Shown in pieces: positions 18,377-29,496 of a stretch of 64,000 bases of DNA; the stretch's first letter is position 1; every line of letters begins with the position of its first letter. Source of the DNA: an uncultured Chthoniobacter sp. GTDB lineage: Bacteria; Verrucomicrobiota; Verrucomicrobiia; Chthoniobacterales; UBA6821. Made by a program: the position numbers and the translations under genes. Under the pieces are notes generated by a model. It did no database searches, was not told where the DNA came from, and saw only the letters and a list, made by a program, of their open reading frames with translations. Where the stretch lies: NCBI GenBank assembly GCA_964402065.1, contig CAYOAN010000007.1, forward strand, positions 21,174-85,173, given 5' to 3'.

Positions 18377-20197
18377 ATGGAAAACATTCGCAACATCGCC
18401 ATCATTGCTCACGTTGATCATGGCAAGACCACTCTCGTTGATCAGCTGCTCAAGCAAGCTGGAACCTTTCGCGCTAACGAAGCCAAAGCTTCCGAAGAAC
18501 GCATCATGGACTCCATGGATCTAGAACGCGAAAAAGGAATCACAATCAAAGCTAAAAATGCAGCTTTCGATTGGAAAGAATATCACGTTAATATCGTCGA
18601 CACTCCGGGGCACGCTGACTTCGGTGGTGAGGTTGAGCGGATCATGAAGATGGTTGATGGTGTTCTCCTCGTCGTTGATGCTCACGATGGACCTCAAGCA
18701 CAAACAAAATTTGTTTTGAAAAAAGCACTCGCTAATGGTGCAAAGCCGATTGTTGTCATCAATAAAATCGATCGTGAGAATGCCCGCCCTCACAAAGTCC
18801 TCGACATGGTTTTTGAACTTTTCTTGGAACTTGGAGCTAATGATCAGCAGCTTGATTTCCCTGTTGTTTATGCAAGTGCAAAACAAGGGTTCGCGAAAAA
18901 TGAAGTCGATCAAGAAAGCAACACGATGGAGCCTCTCTATGAGGCCATTGTAAAGCATATTCCACCGCCGCCAAAACCAGATGTCGACTATTTTCAAATG
19001 CTCGTCTCTAACCTTGACTATAGCGACTACTTAGGCCGTATCGCCTATGGACGCATCATTAGTGGAACCGTCAAAGTCGGCAGTACCATTGTTTGCATTC
19101 ACAAAGATGGCAAACGTGAAAAGAAAAATGTAACCGCTCTCTTTGGTCATCGCGGTCTTGCTAAAATTGAAGTTCAACAAGCCTCTGCAGGTGACATCGT
19201 CGGTCTCTCTGGATTTGAAGATGTTTTCATTGGAGAAACATTGACAGACAGTGAAGAGCGTCCTGCTCTCACCTTCGTCGACATCGACCCTCCAACGATC
19301 ACCATGAAAATTTGCATTAACGATGGACCTCTCGCTGGTCGCGAAGGAAAATTGTTAACTGCACGCCAAGTCAGTGAGCGCCTCATTCGTGAAACAAGAA
19401 CAAACGTTTCCATTGAAGTTAATGACACCGACACAGCTGGTCACTTCCAAATCAAAGCTCGTGGTGAAATGCAAATTGCTATCATCGTTGAACAGATGCG
19501 CCGCGAAGGATTTGAAATTCTTGTTTCCAGACCAGAGGTTATTTTCCAGCGCGATGAGCAAGGCAACCTGCTCGAGCCAATGGAAAATGTCTACGTTGAT
19601 GTTCCTAAAGATAATCTTGGCGACATTCTTCAAAGTCTTGCTGGACGCAAAGCTGAGATCATTAACATGGATCACCAAGCTAATAGTGTAACTGTTGAAG
19701 CTGTTGTTCCAACTCGGGGCCTCATTGGTTTTGAAACAGATCTCGTTAATGCGACAAAAGGTCATGGCATCATGTCTCACCTTTTTAAAGAGTACTCTTC
19801 TTACAAAGGAGAAATTCCAACACGTAACAATGGTGTTTTGATTTCTATGGAAAGTGGCACAAGCATGGCTTATGCACTTGATATGATCCAAGAACGCGGC
19901 CGTCTTTTTATTGGGCCTCAAGAAGAAATTTATGTTGGAATGATCATCGGCGAAAATGCTCGTCCAGACGATATGCCAGTCAATCCCTGCAAGGCAAAAA
20001 AATTGACTAACATGCGAAGCACAGGCGATGGAAAAGGAATTTCTTTAACGCCACCGCTCAAAATGAGCTTGGAACGTTGTTTGGAATACATTGCAAATGA
20101 CGAGTACGTTGAAATCACACCCCTCAACCTTCGTCTTCGCAAGAAGATTCTTGATGCCACTGCGCGCAAACGAGCAAGCAGTACACCAACAGCCTAG
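18377..20197 (+). CDS. typA: Translational GTPase TypA/BipA
   Basis: [65 protein letters not shown]. Confidence 0.98.
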   Translation: MENIRNIAIIAHVDHGKTTLVDQLLKQAGTFRANEAKASEERIMDSMDLEREKGITIKAKNAAFDWKEYHVNIVDTPGHADFGGEVERIMKMVDGVLLVVDAHDGPQAQTKFVLKKALANGAKPIVVINKIDRENARPHKVLDMVFELFLELGANDQQLDFPVVYASAKQGFAKNEVDQESNTMEPLYEAIVKHIPPPPKPDVDYFQMLVSNLDYSDYLGRIAYGRIISGTVKVGSTIVCIHKDGKREKKNVTALFGHRGLAKIEVQQASAGDIVGLSGFEDVFIGETLTDSEERPALTFVDIDPPTITMKICINDGPLAGREGKLLTARQVSERLIRETRTNVSIEVNDTDTAGHFQIKARGEMQIAIIVEQMRREGFEILVSRPEVIFQRDEQGNLLEPMENVYVDVPKDNLGDILQSLAGRKAEIINMDHQANSVTVEAVVPTRGLIGFETDLVNATKGHGIMSHLFKEYSSYKGEIPTRNNGVLISMESGTSMAYALDMIQERGRLFIGPQEEIYVGMIIGENARPDDMPVNPCKAKKLTNMRSTGDGKGISLTPPLKMSLERCLEYIANDEYVEITPLNLRLRKKILDATARKRASSTPTA

Positions 20198-20289
20198 TAA
20201 GTTCTCAGTTGATAGTTGAAGTTTAAGTTTATAAACTCTATCCCAGTTTCCAACTTTTACTTCAACTCAACTTGTAACTTAAATTTTTT

Positions 20290-21021
20290 ATGGGACGTCA
20301 ATGGCTTTTAGCAAAACGAGAGGTCTCCTCTCTTAAAAAATCAAAAGCAACCGGAAAATTTGTTCGCGAAATCACGATTTCAGCACGCCAAGGAGGGGCT
20401 GATCCAACCGGGAACAGCCGTCTTGCAGCGGCTATTGAAAAAGCAAAACGCGAAAGCGTCTCTCGTGATGTTATTGAGCGAGCCATTGCCAAGGGCTCTG
20501 GAACAGGAGGAGAAAAAACTTCTCTCGAACATATTTTATTTGAAGGTTATGCTCCTCACAAAGTTCCACTTATTGCGGAAGTTTTCACCGACAATAACAA
20601 TCGGACAGCGCCTGAAATTCGAGTCCTCTTTCGTCAAGGACAACTGGGCGCACCAGGAAGCAATAAATTTCTTTTTGATCATGTTGGACTTGTTGAAGCT
20701 TATACGACCAACCTAGAAACTGATGCAGAGGAAGCTGCCATCGAAGCTGGAGCTAATGAAGTTGAATCACTCACACATGAGCAGAACGATGACATTCCGA
20801 CTGAAACATTAGGCGCACGTTTCATCACTGAGCGAACAGCGACCCATGCTGTTTCACAATGGCTTTCCGAGAATGGCTGGACCGTCGTTACCAGTGAAAT
20901 TGGCTACGTTGCTAAAAACTTTCCAGCATTGCCAGAAGAACAGATGGCTGAAGTTCATGCCTTTCTTCAAACCCTGGAAGAACATGATGATGTCCATCGT
21001 GTCTGGGCTGCAGTCAAATAG
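20290..21021 (+). CDS. yebC: YebC/PmpR family protein
   Basis: MGRQW, GGADPTGNSRL..AIEKAK, FEGYAP, TDNNNRTAPEIR, LEEHDDVHRVW. Confidence 0.93.
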   Translation: MGRQWLLAKREVSSLKKSKATGKFVREITISARQGGADPTGNSRLAAAIEKAKRESVSRDVIERAIAKGSGTGGEKTSLEHILFEGYAPHKVPLIAEVFTDNNNRTAPEIRVLFRQGQLGAPGSNKFLFDHVGLVEAYTTNLETDAEEAAIEAGANEVESLTHEQNDDIPTETLGARFITERTATHAVSQWLSENGWTVVTSEIGYVAKNFPALPEEQMAEVHAFLQTLEEHDDVHRVWAAVK

Positions 21022-21193
21022 CAGCACTTCAGCTTGAAGGTTGTAGAAAATTTTACTTAGAGAGTAAAAACATTTGAACGCAACTTCTTTTTTGCTGTCA
21101 AACTTAATAAGACTAACGGGAATTTTGATTGCTCCCATACCTAAAAAAACAGGGTGGAACAATAGTTGTGATTATTAGTCGATTTGAAATTCT

Positions 21194-21793
21194 ATGAACA
21201 AAACTTTTCCAACCTTTTTGACAGCAGCTCTTCTTGCTATTTATCCCTTGCTAGGACAATCGGCAGTGGACAACCAGCCCTCGAAAAAAGAGGTGAAGGT
21301 CACCTCTTATCGTGACTTTCGAGTCCTCCGTGGCTGGACAACCACTGTAGATATAGAAATTCTATCAATTGATGAAGAAGATCATGAAATTACAACAGAG
21401 CCTCTCCTTCTACAGCTTCCCACTTCCTACACTCACTATCCCACTCAAGTTGACTTACTAGTTCATCATACCATCAAACACTCGCCTCCTTTTTTTGATA
21501 CTTTACTTAACTTTTCACTCATTAATATAAAAGAGATTGATAAATCTGTTATCACTTTTGGCAAGGGAATAGCACTACCAGACCCAGACCCTCTCTTTCC
21601 TTTCGCCCCCCTTCCACCACCAAATAATGGGCCAATCGTTATTGTTGCTCATGGAATAGGAACAACAATTTTAGACTTCTCTTATACAAAGGTTATAGAA
21701 GGGCACTACCAAGACTGGTTCAACTGGACGTGGATCCCTGAACAGAAAATCACTACTATCGTCCATGTCCCAGTTCAGGTTGTCGATCCTTAA
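21194..21793 (+). CDS. Hypothetical secreted beta-rich protein
   Basis: Signal peptide MNKTFPTFLTAALLAIYPLLGQSA; alternating beta-strand pattern; ends IVHVPVQVVDP. Confidence 0.7.
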   Translation: MNKTFPTFLTAALLAIYPLLGQSAVDNQPSKKEVKVTSYRDFRVLRGWTTTVDIEILSIDEEDHEITTEPLLLQLPTSYTHYPTQVDLLVHHTIKHSPPFFDTLLNFSLINIKEIDKSVITFGKGIALPDPDPLFPFAPLPPPNNGPIVIVAHGIGTTILDFSYTKVIEGHYQDWFNWTWIPEQKITTIVHVPVQVVDP

Positions 21794-21797
21794 CAAC

Positions 21798-21813
21798 GGG
21801 GTCAGCCCGATAT
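21798..21813. repeat. Degenerate partial copy of the 42-bp REP-like element
   Basis: GGGGTCAGCCCGATAT versus GGGGTCAGTCCCTGATAT; 4 nt after the stop codon of 21194-21793. Confidence 0.4.
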
Positions 21814-21892
21814 CCAAGTTCAATAACATACCTAAAAAAACAGCGCTTTTAACATACGAGGAACGATTCTTTCTTTGTTAAAAAAAAAGTTT

Positions 21893-22548
21893 ATGAATTT
21901 ATTTCGACCGTTTCCAACCGCTGCCTGCATTCTTCTTTTAGGCACCCTCTTCATTGCTTTCCCAAGCAGAGCATTAAGTTCCGAAATCCCTGAGATCCAA
22001 CAAGAGTATCAAGTTTCAAGAGACACGGGACTTTATAAAAATCTACCTGTAGAACAAGGTGGCGGGTTGATCTTATTGGCTCCGTGAATCCAGATGATCC
22101 TTCTATCGACCGATCTTCTCTCTGTGAAGTTGATACGGTTGAGGTGGCGTTGGATCAACATAAAATGAATTCACTTTTTTATTCGGATACAATATTCCGA
22201 TTACCAACTCCCATTGACATTGTTCATGTTAATAACATCGATCACCTTTTGGACTTATCAGTAACCGGCCCTAACCCTACGAATAAAAGAACCTCTCATT
22301 TTTCTTATGAACATATTATTGCCGTAGCAGATCAAGATGTTCAGGAAGATTTTTTTAAACAAGTTCCCCTAGCCTATGCTTCCAAAACCGTCTTCCTTCT
22401 ACCACACCAAGGAAGCGCTATCCTTAGTTATCGATTATCTTTGCAACGAACCTACATCGACTATTCCAAAGGGTATAAGGAAAAAAAATCGAAAATAGTT
22501 AATATGATCGTGGAGGTTCCGGTCAACATTATGAGCAACTGTTTATAG
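21893..22548 (+). pseudogene. Probable split paralogue of 21194-21793 (ORFs 21893-22087 and 22084-22548)
   Basis: First ORF is little more than a signal peptide; second lacks a signal, overlaps it by GTGA and ends MIVEVPVNIM like the upstream gene. Confidence 0.5.
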
Positions 22549-24246
22549 TCCTCCATGCCGCCAAATTGAGATGGCAAGGCGCAGACACATGTAGAGTCCA
22601 AAAATAAATCCAACAAGACCGAGAACAGGAACACCAAAAACATGTGGCGGAATTCTGGAATGAATTAAAATGGAAGAAGCAATTAAAACAGAAGAGGCCA
22701 AGAGAGCATTGGCTAAACGATTAAAAACGGAATCGAGCGTTTGACGAAGAGGCTCTATTCCCTCTGGCGCGATGCGGTGTTCCAATGGAAGCGAGAGTTG
22801 CCCTTTCTTAAGGCGTGTGTATAAGAGTCTCAAGTCGTGAGGTAGGTCATCGAGAAAATCAACCGTCTCTGTCGCCATGCGAGTAATAATTTTTAAGATT
22901 CTCCGCGGTTGATAACGCTCTGAAATTAATTCCATCGCATACGGTTTTCCAAGAACAATAAAATTCAAATTAGGGTCCAACTCGCGCCCAATGGCTTCCA
23001 CCTGAGTTAACGCTTTAATCCCCAAATAAAAATTTGCTTTCATGCGAAGCCTATTTATTCGAAGCATCCCTAACAATCGATTGAGAACTTCTCCGACATT
23101 AATGTCACGTAACGATTCTGCCACATGTTCATTCGCAAATTCTTCAACTTGAGATAAAAAATAAACAGAATCATCTACACTTCCCTCCTCCGACATATCA
23201 AGAATAGCACGCATCACCTGCCGATGATTTTTTTTAGCAAGCCCTGTAATGAGACCTGCAATACTACGTCGAAACTGAAAACTAAACCTTCCCATCATTC
23301 CATAATCAAAGAGTCCAATGACCCCTCCTGCTAAGACGAGCATATTTCCTGGATGAGGGTCTGCATGGAAAAAGCCATACTTAAAAATCTGTTGGTAAAT
23401 TAAATCTGTTACGCTTACAGCAAGTTTTTCAGGGTCGATATGATGTTTTATCAAACTTTTCCGATCTGTGATTTTTATTCCTTCCATGAATTGCATTGTT
23501 AAAACGCAATTGCTAGAAGCTTCACGATAGATGACAGGAACGGCAATATTATGATTGCCTTCAAACTGCTTTGCAAAGCGTTCTGCGTTTAAGGCTTCAT
23601 GCATAAAATTGAGTTCACGTTTTAATGTTTCTGAAAATTCAGAAACGACTTTTTGCGGACTCAGGCTTTGAATTTCTGGAACATGATTTTCTAAAAAAGA
23701 GGCTAGGTCTACTAAGATCGATAAATCTTGGTTGATGACTTCTTCAATATTGGGACGTTGAACTTTAACTGCTACCCGCGTTCCGTTGTGCAACACAGCT
23801 TCGTGCACTTGCGCAATAGAAGCCGAACCGCACGGTATCTCTTCAAATGATTTAAAAATTTTTTTTACAGGGTGGCCCAACGACTCCCTGATGATTTGAT
23901 AAACCTGCTTTATTGGAAAGGGTGGAACATGATCCTGAAGTTTGCAAAGTTCTTCGTAAAATTCATCGTCAATTAAATCGCGACGGGAGCTGAGGATTTG
24001 ACCAAATTTAATGAACGTTGGCCCTAGCTCTTCGAGAGCAAGCCTCATACGAACGGCTAGAGGTTTAGAGAGCAGTCCTGTTTCATGCGTGGTGATAGTA
24101 ACATTTTCAAAACCGAGTAAATGCTCCAGCGCTACTAACTTTAAAACATCTGCAAAGCCGTACTTAAAAAGAATGTTGAGAATTTCTCGATAACGTGGGA
24201 GATGGCTCGCAAAAGTAACGGCTGAACGGAAGCTTTGAAAAAACAT
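22543..24246 (-). CDS. UbiB/ABC1 (AarF) family atypical kinase
   Basis: LEELGPTFIKFGQILSSRRDL, GSASIAQVHEA, VAVKVQRP, FFHADPHPGN, LFDYGMMG. Confidence 0.9.
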   Translation of the reverse strand: MFFQSFRSAVTFASHLPRYREILNILFKYGFADVLKLVALEHLLGFENVTITTHETGLLSKPLAVRMRLALEELGPTFIKFGQILSSRRDLIDDEFYEELCKLQDHVPPFPIKQVYQIIRESLGHPVKKIFKSFEEIPCGSASIAQVHEAVLHNGTRVAVKVQRPNIEEVINQDLSILVDLASFLENHVPEIQSLSPQKVVSEFSETLKRELNFMHEALNAERFAKQFEGNHNIAVPVIYREASSNCVLTMQFMEGIKITDRKSLIKHHIDPEKLAVSVTDLIYQQIFKYGFFHADPHPGNMLVLAGGVIGLFDYGMMGRFSFQFRRSIAGLITGLAKKNHRQVMRAILDMSEEGSVDDSVYFLSQVEEFANEHVAESLRDINVGEVLNRLLGMLRINRLRMKANFYLGIKALTQVEAIGRELDPNLNFIVLGKPYAMELISERYQPRRILKIITRMATETVDFLDDLPHDLRLLYTRLKKGQLSLPLEHRIAPEGIEPLRQTLDSVFNRLANALLASSVLIASSILIHSRIPPHVFGVPVLGLVGFIFGLYMCLRLAISIWRHGGL

Positions 24247-24292
24247 GTTTTCAAAACTAACGCTTCGGAAAGAGCTTTACAAATTTTTTATA

Positions 24293-24451
24293 TACCGATG
24301 AGGAATGCTTGTTCTAAAAAAATAAACAGGAGTTTTTGTTCAGGAAAGGCACTACGAGCAAGACGCTATGCGACCATGGCGTAAGCGAGAACAACACAGC
24401 CAGAGGCAAAAACAACCAATCGAAATTTCTAAAAATCATCCCTCATCGGTA
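24293..24451. mobile_element. 159-bp MITE-like element with a distinct terminal inverted repeat
   Basis: TACCGATGAGGAATG at 24293 and CATCCCTCATCGGTA at 24437 (14/15 inverted match); no ORF. Confidence 0.7.
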
Positions 24452-24587
24452 CATCATTAGCCCCATAGCAAACTGAGCCTAGGAAGTTTTTTTGTTTCCC
24501 TCTCACTGACTCTCGTCTTGTCACCCCAAGCAGATTAGTCTTATCCTTAGCGGTCGCTCATTTTAAAACATCAACGGAGAGAAAATT

Positions 24588-25982
24588 ATGCAACTTTCAA
24601 ATAAAAAAACACTGACGGTTTTTGGGTTGGTCATGATGAACGTTATCGCTATCGATAGTCTTCGAACACTGCCAATGAGCGCAGAATATGGCCTCTCCCT
24701 CATTTTTTATTACATCGCTGCGGCGGCTCTCTTCTTTTTTCCGGTAGCACTTGTCTCTGCGGAGTTGGCCACAGGATGGCCAGAGACTGGCGGTATTTAC
24801 GTTTGGGTTCGTGAAGCTTTTGGCGAACAATGGGGATTTTTAACGATCTGGTTGCAATGGTTCTATAATATCTGCTGGTATCCAACAATCATGTCTTTTA
24901 TCGGTGCGACAGTGGCTTACTGCATTGATCCTTCGTTAGTGAATAACAAGGTCTACATGATTGCTGTTGTCTTTATACTTTTTTGGGGAGCGACTCTCTT
25001 GAATTTTTTTGGCATGAGAGCTTCGCATTTTATGAACACCATTTCTGCAATCATAGGAACACTGCTCCCTATGCTTCTAATCATTATTCTAAGCCTTATT
25101 TGGGTCTATCAAGGGAAGCCATTAAGTATTCAATTTCATTGGCATTCCTTTTTTCCTGATATTAGCAACATTAACAATATGGTCCTGCTCACGGCTGTGC
25201 TTTATGGGCTTGTTGGCATCGAGATGTCCGCCTCTCATGCAGGTGATGTTGAAAATCCTCAGCATAATTATCCGAAAGCCATTTTTTGGTCAGCCCTCTT
25301 AATTTTGGCCTCACTGGTTGGAGCCAGTTTGGCCATTGCCCTCGTGGTACCTCAAAAAGAACTTAATATCGTTGCTGGCCTATTACAGGCTTTTGAAGTT
25401 TTCTTCAAAGCTTTCCATATGAGCTGGGCAATGCCTCTTCTCGCATTTGCCATTGTGATCGGTTCTATTGGGTGCGTGGGAGCTTGGATTTTAGGGCCTA
25501 GCAAAGGGCTCCTTATCGCTTGCCATGATGGCTGCTTGCCACTTCGATTAGGAACAAAAAATCGACATGGTGTTCCTGTAACGATTCTTTTGCTGCAAGG
25601 AATCATCTTCACCATTTTATGTGGTACTTTTATTTTGATGCCAACGGTTACGAGTAGCTTTTGGGTTTTAAGCAATATTACCGCAATCTTGTCACTACTT
25701 GTTTATATTGCGATGTTCATGGCTGTTATTAAACTGCGCTATAAACACCCGAAAGTTCATCGTGCTTTCCGCATCCCAGGAGGCACAATAGGATTATGGT
25801 GCGTCTGCCTCCTCGGCTTATCCAGCTGCCTCTTTACTATTATCATTGGGTTTTTACCTCCAACTCAGGTCGCTGTTGGCAACGTTCACACTTATGAGTT
25901 GATCATGGCACTTGGAGTTATCGTGAGTTGCATTGTTCCTTTTGGAATTTATATGTTTCGCAGAAAACTTGATCAACAATAA
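24588..25982 (+). CDS. APC-family amino acid permease (GadC-like)
   Basis: FFFPVALVSAELATGWPETGGIYVWVREAFG, GIEMSASHAGDVENPQHNYPKA, about 12 TM segments. Confidence 0.9.
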   Translation: MQLSNKKTLTVFGLVMMNVIAIDSLRTLPMSAEYGLSLIFYYIAAAALFFFPVALVSAELATGWPETGGIYVWVREAFGEQWGFLTIWLQWFYNICWYPTIMSFIGATVAYCIDPSLVNNKVYMIAVVFILFWGATLLNFFGMRASHFMNTISAIIGTLLPMLLIIILSLIWVYQGKPLSIQFHWHSFFPDISNINNMVLLTAVLYGLVGIEMSASHAGDVENPQHNYPKAIFWSALLILASLVGASLAIALVVPQKELNIVAGLLQAFEVFFKAFHMSWAMPLLAFAIVIGSIGCVGAWILGPSKGLLIACHDGCLPLRLGTKNRHGVPVTILLLQGIIFTILCGTFILMPTVTSSFWVLSNITAILSLLVYIAMFMAVIKLRYKHPKVHRAFRIPGGTIGLWCVCLLGLSSCLFTIIIGFLPPTQVAVGNVHTYELIMALGVIVSCIVPFGIYMFRRKLDQQ

Positions 25983-26162
25983 GAAAATAAAAGACAATAC
26001 TCGTTTAAGATAGAAACCAAAATGCTATCACCAAGATGCCACAAGGCATCTCAACAAACTTCATCCCTACAAGCAGCCCCCGCTAGTCCAAATAATGAAT
26101 AGAAACGATGTCATCAATTTCCTTAGAGAATTTTCTATGCCTCATCGTAATTGCAACGCCTC

Positions 26163-27617
26163 ATGAACACTATCCTCAAAAAACTCCAACAAAAAGCATC
26201 TTACTTCATTATCGCGATGATCATGTGGGAGTTTTTTGCTTTCTATGGTTTAAAATCAATTCTTATTCTTTTTTTAACAAGTTGTTTGCATTTGTCAGAC
26301 GGTGCAGCCTATCAGCTTTTCGGAAGTTTTATCTCTCTTGTCTTTATCACTCCTATTTTAGGAGGGTGGCTGGCTGATCGTTATTGTGGCTACCGTCATG
26401 CTACTGCTGTCGGTTGTCTTCTCATTATTGCCGGCAGCTTTATCTTGGCTGAATTTCCACAGAATATTTTTATTGGACTAGCTCTGCTTGCAATGGGAAT
26501 AGGCTTCTTTAAAAGCAATGCCGTCTGCATGATTAGCAACTGTTACATTAATGATCCTGTGGGTGCAACCTCCGCTTTTTCTCTTTATTACGTCAGTGGA
26601 AATTTAGGATCGATTCTCTCAAATATTGGCTGCCCCTACATTGCAGAGCATATCAGCTGGAAGATGGGATTCATGATTGCCTCTTTTGGAATGCTACTAG
26701 GGTTGCTTATGCTTCTTCTCTCAAAGCCCTATTTTTCTTGGGAAGGAAAAACGGAAAAAATGAAACGATGGCACAACTTTTCTTTCTCCCAACAATTTTT
26801 GCTTACAACAAGTATCCTTCTAGCCGTTTTTCTTCCGATCTACTTAATTTTACAGCATGACTTGGTGGGCTATCTTTTAGGCGTTGCTGTCATTGCTGCT
26901 TTCTTTATCTTTCTAAAAATTTATCGCCAAGCAGATCCTACACGGAAAAAACTATTATTGCTGATGCTGTTGCTAACTTGCTTTGCAACCTCTTTTTGGG
27001 TTTTTAGCAATCAAGTTTATAGCTCTTATCCTCTCTTTATTGCGCGCTACGTTAATCGTTCTATTTTTGGATTTGTCATTCCAACAGGAATGTACCAATC
27101 ACTGAACCCCATCTCCATTCTCATTTCTGGCATAATCATGACGTTTGTCTGGCGCTGGCTTGAACGTCGTCACATACGACCTCAGCCCGATACAAAAATA
27201 AGCGCAGCCCTCCTGCTATTAGTTCTTGGTTTTTTGGCTATCACCTATGCAACAACGTTGGCTGAAAGTCAGGTTCCAATTCCGATGTTACTTCCCGTAC
27301 TCAGCATTTTATGTTTAGGAATCGCCGAAATTTTTATTGATCCTGTCTTACTCGCAGCCATGGGAGAAGCCGCTCCTCGTAACACCGAAGGCCGCCTTGT
27401 TGCTATTTACTATCTTTTCATTGGAGCAATTGGAAACTATGTCTCAATCTGGGTTGCAAAATTAACCGTTGATCCAACGACAAAAAAAGCCTCAGCGAGT
27501 AGTTTTCATGCAGCTTATTTACAAGCAACGACCATTGCTGTTGTGCTCTTGCTTCTCCTTTTTGCTCGCATTTGCTGGAGAAAATATTCTGAGCGACGTA
27601 ACATGTTAGCAGTGTAA
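26163..27617 (+). CDS. Proton-dependent oligopeptide transporter (POT/PTR family)
   Basis: MWEFFAFYG (degenerate ExxERFxYYG), [32 protein letters not shown]. Confidence 0.85.
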   Translation: MNTILKKLQQKASYFIIAMIMWEFFAFYGLKSILILFLTSCLHLSDGAAYQLFGSFISLVFITPILGGWLADRYCGYRHATAVGCLLIIAGSFILAEFPQNIFIGLALLAMGIGFFKSNAVCMISNCYINDPVGATSAFSLYYVSGNLGSILSNIGCPYIAEHISWKMGFMIASFGMLLGLLMLLLSKPYFSWEGKTEKMKRWHNFSFSQQFLLTTSILLAVFLPIYLILQHDLVGYLLGVAVIAAFFIFLKIYRQADPTRKKLLLLMLLLTCFATSFWVFSNQVYSSYPLFIARYVNRSIFGFVIPTGMYQSLNPISILISGIIMTFVWRWLERRHIRPQPDTKISAALLLLVLGFLAITYATTLAESQVPIPMLLPVLSILCLGIAEIFIDPVLLAAMGEAAPRNTEGRLVAIYYLFIGAIGNYVSIWVAKLTVDPTTKKASASSFHAAYLQATTIAVVLLLLLFARICWRKYSERRNMLAV

Positions 27618-27667
27618 CTGCTAACTTTGTCACGAGTAACATTTTATCCTTCAACCGTTATTTGACT

Positions 27668-29335
27668 ATGTCACATCTCAAAGATCCCTCACGTATTATT
27701 CGCGCTGCACATGGCACCCAACTCTCTGCAAAAAGTTGGCTCACAGAAGCACCTCTCCGAATGCTCATGAATAATCTTGATCCCGAAGTTGCAGAGCGTC
27801 CTGAGGAGCTCGTTGTTTATGGAGGCATTGGAAGAGCTGCTCGCAACTGGGAATGCTACGACAAGATCGTTGAAACCTTAAAAAAATTAGAAGCTGATGA
27901 AACTTTATTAATCCAATCAGGAAAGCCAGTGGCTGTTTTCAAAACTCATGCTGATGCTCCGCGTGTTCTTCTTGCTAATTCCAATCTCGTTCCACATTGG
28001 GCAACTTGGGAGCATTTTCATAAACTCGATAAACTTGGCTTGATGATGTATGGCCAGATGACGGCAGGTTCCTGGATTTATATTGGAAGCCAAGGCATTG
28101 TCCAGGGAACCTATGAAACCTTTGTTGAAGCTGGGAAAAAACATTACGGTGGTAACCTGGCTGGAAAATGGATTTTAACTGGAGGACTTGGTGGCATGGG
28201 AGGCGCTCAAACACTCGCTGGAACAATGGCTGGCGCTTGTGTCTTAGCAGTAGAATGCGATCCAACCCGTATTCAAAAAAGGCTCTCCACAAAATATGTT
28301 GATTACTCAGCTACTAATCTCGACGAAGCTTTGCAACTCATTGAACAAGCTTGTCGCGACAAAAAAGCAATCTCAGTTGCGCTTCTCGGCAATGCTGCTG
28401 AGGTTCTTCCTGAACTGGTAAAACGTGGAGTAAAACCTGACATGGTCACCGATCAAACTAGTGCACACGACCCGCTTCATGGCTATTTGCCAATTGGTTG
28501 GACAATGGAAGAAGCCCGCGAACGCCGTATTTCAGAACCTTCCGCGGTAATTCATGCAGCCAAACATTCCATGGCTGTTCACGTCAAAGCGATGCTTGCT
28601 TTCCACGAACAAGGAATTCCAACATTTGATTATGGCAACAATATTCGCCAAGAGGCCTTCCATGAAGGAGTAAAAAATGCATTTGATTTTCCAGGCTTTG
28701 TTCCAGCTTATATCCGACCCCTATTCTGCGAAGGTGTAGGCCCATTCCGCTGGGTTGCTCTCTCCGGAGATCCCGAAGATATTTATAAAACCGATGCTAA
28801 AGTCAAAGAGTTAATTCCCAATGATCCTCACCTGCATCACTGGCTTGATATGGCGCGTGAGCGCATTCAGTTTCAGGGATTACCAGCCCGTATCTGCTGG
28901 GTTGGCTTGAAAGACAGGGCACGCCTCGGTGTTGCTTTTAACAAAATGGTTGCAAGCGGAGAACTCAAAGCCCCCATTGTCATCGGGCGTGATCATTTAG
29001 ATTCCGGCTCTGTTGCAAGTCCTAATCGCGAAACAGAAGCGATGAAAGATGGTAGCGATGCGATCTCCGACTGGCCACTTCTCAATGCTCTTCTCAACTG
29101 TGCCAGCGGAGCAACATGGGTCAGCCTCCACCATGGCGGTGGTGTTGGCATGGGCTTCTCACAACATTCAGGTGTTGTCATTGTTGCTGATGGGACTGAC
29201 GCTGCAGAAAAGCGATTGTCTCGCGTCCTATGGAATGATCCAGGAACTGGCGTTATGCGTCATGCCGATGCAGGTTACCCAGAAGCGATTGAGTGTGCGA
29301 AAGAAAATGCTCTTAATCTTCCAATGATAAAATAG
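27668..29335 (+). CDS. hutU: Urocanate hydratase
   Basis: [73 protein letters not shown]. Confidence 0.98.
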   Translation: MSHLKDPSRIIRAAHGTQLSAKSWLTEAPLRMLMNNLDPEVAERPEELVVYGGIGRAARNWECYDKIVETLKKLEADETLLIQSGKPVAVFKTHADAPRVLLANSNLVPHWATWEHFHKLDKLGLMMYGQMTAGSWIYIGSQGIVQGTYETFVEAGKKHYGGNLAGKWILTGGLGGMGGAQTLAGTMAGACVLAVECDPTRIQKRLSTKYVDYSATNLDEALQLIEQACRDKKAISVALLGNAAEVLPELVKRGVKPDMVTDQTSAHDPLHGYLPIGWTMEEARERRISEPSAVIHAAKHSMAVHVKAMLAFHEQGIPTFDYGNNIRQEAFHEGVKNAFDFPGFVPAYIRPLFCEGVGPFRWVALSGDPEDIYKTDAKVKELIPNDPHLHHWLDMARERIQFQGLPARICWVGLKDRARLGVAFNKMVASGELKAPIVIGRDHLDSGSVASPNRETEAMKDGSDAISDWPLLNALLNCASGATWVSLHHGGGVGMGFSQHSGVVIVADGTDAAEKRLSRVLWNDPGTGVMRHADAGYPEAIECAKENALNLPMIK

Positions 29336-29496
29336 TCTAAAAAAATAGTGCCCATAAAGCAGACACCAGTCTCTTCATAGTGAAGGAAAGCTACTTTAGC
29401 AGAAGAAAAACTCTACTAACCCACACCACCAGCATTCTTACGAATGTTTGAATGACGTTTAGTTGTATTATTAATCAGCATTACATATTAAATCTT

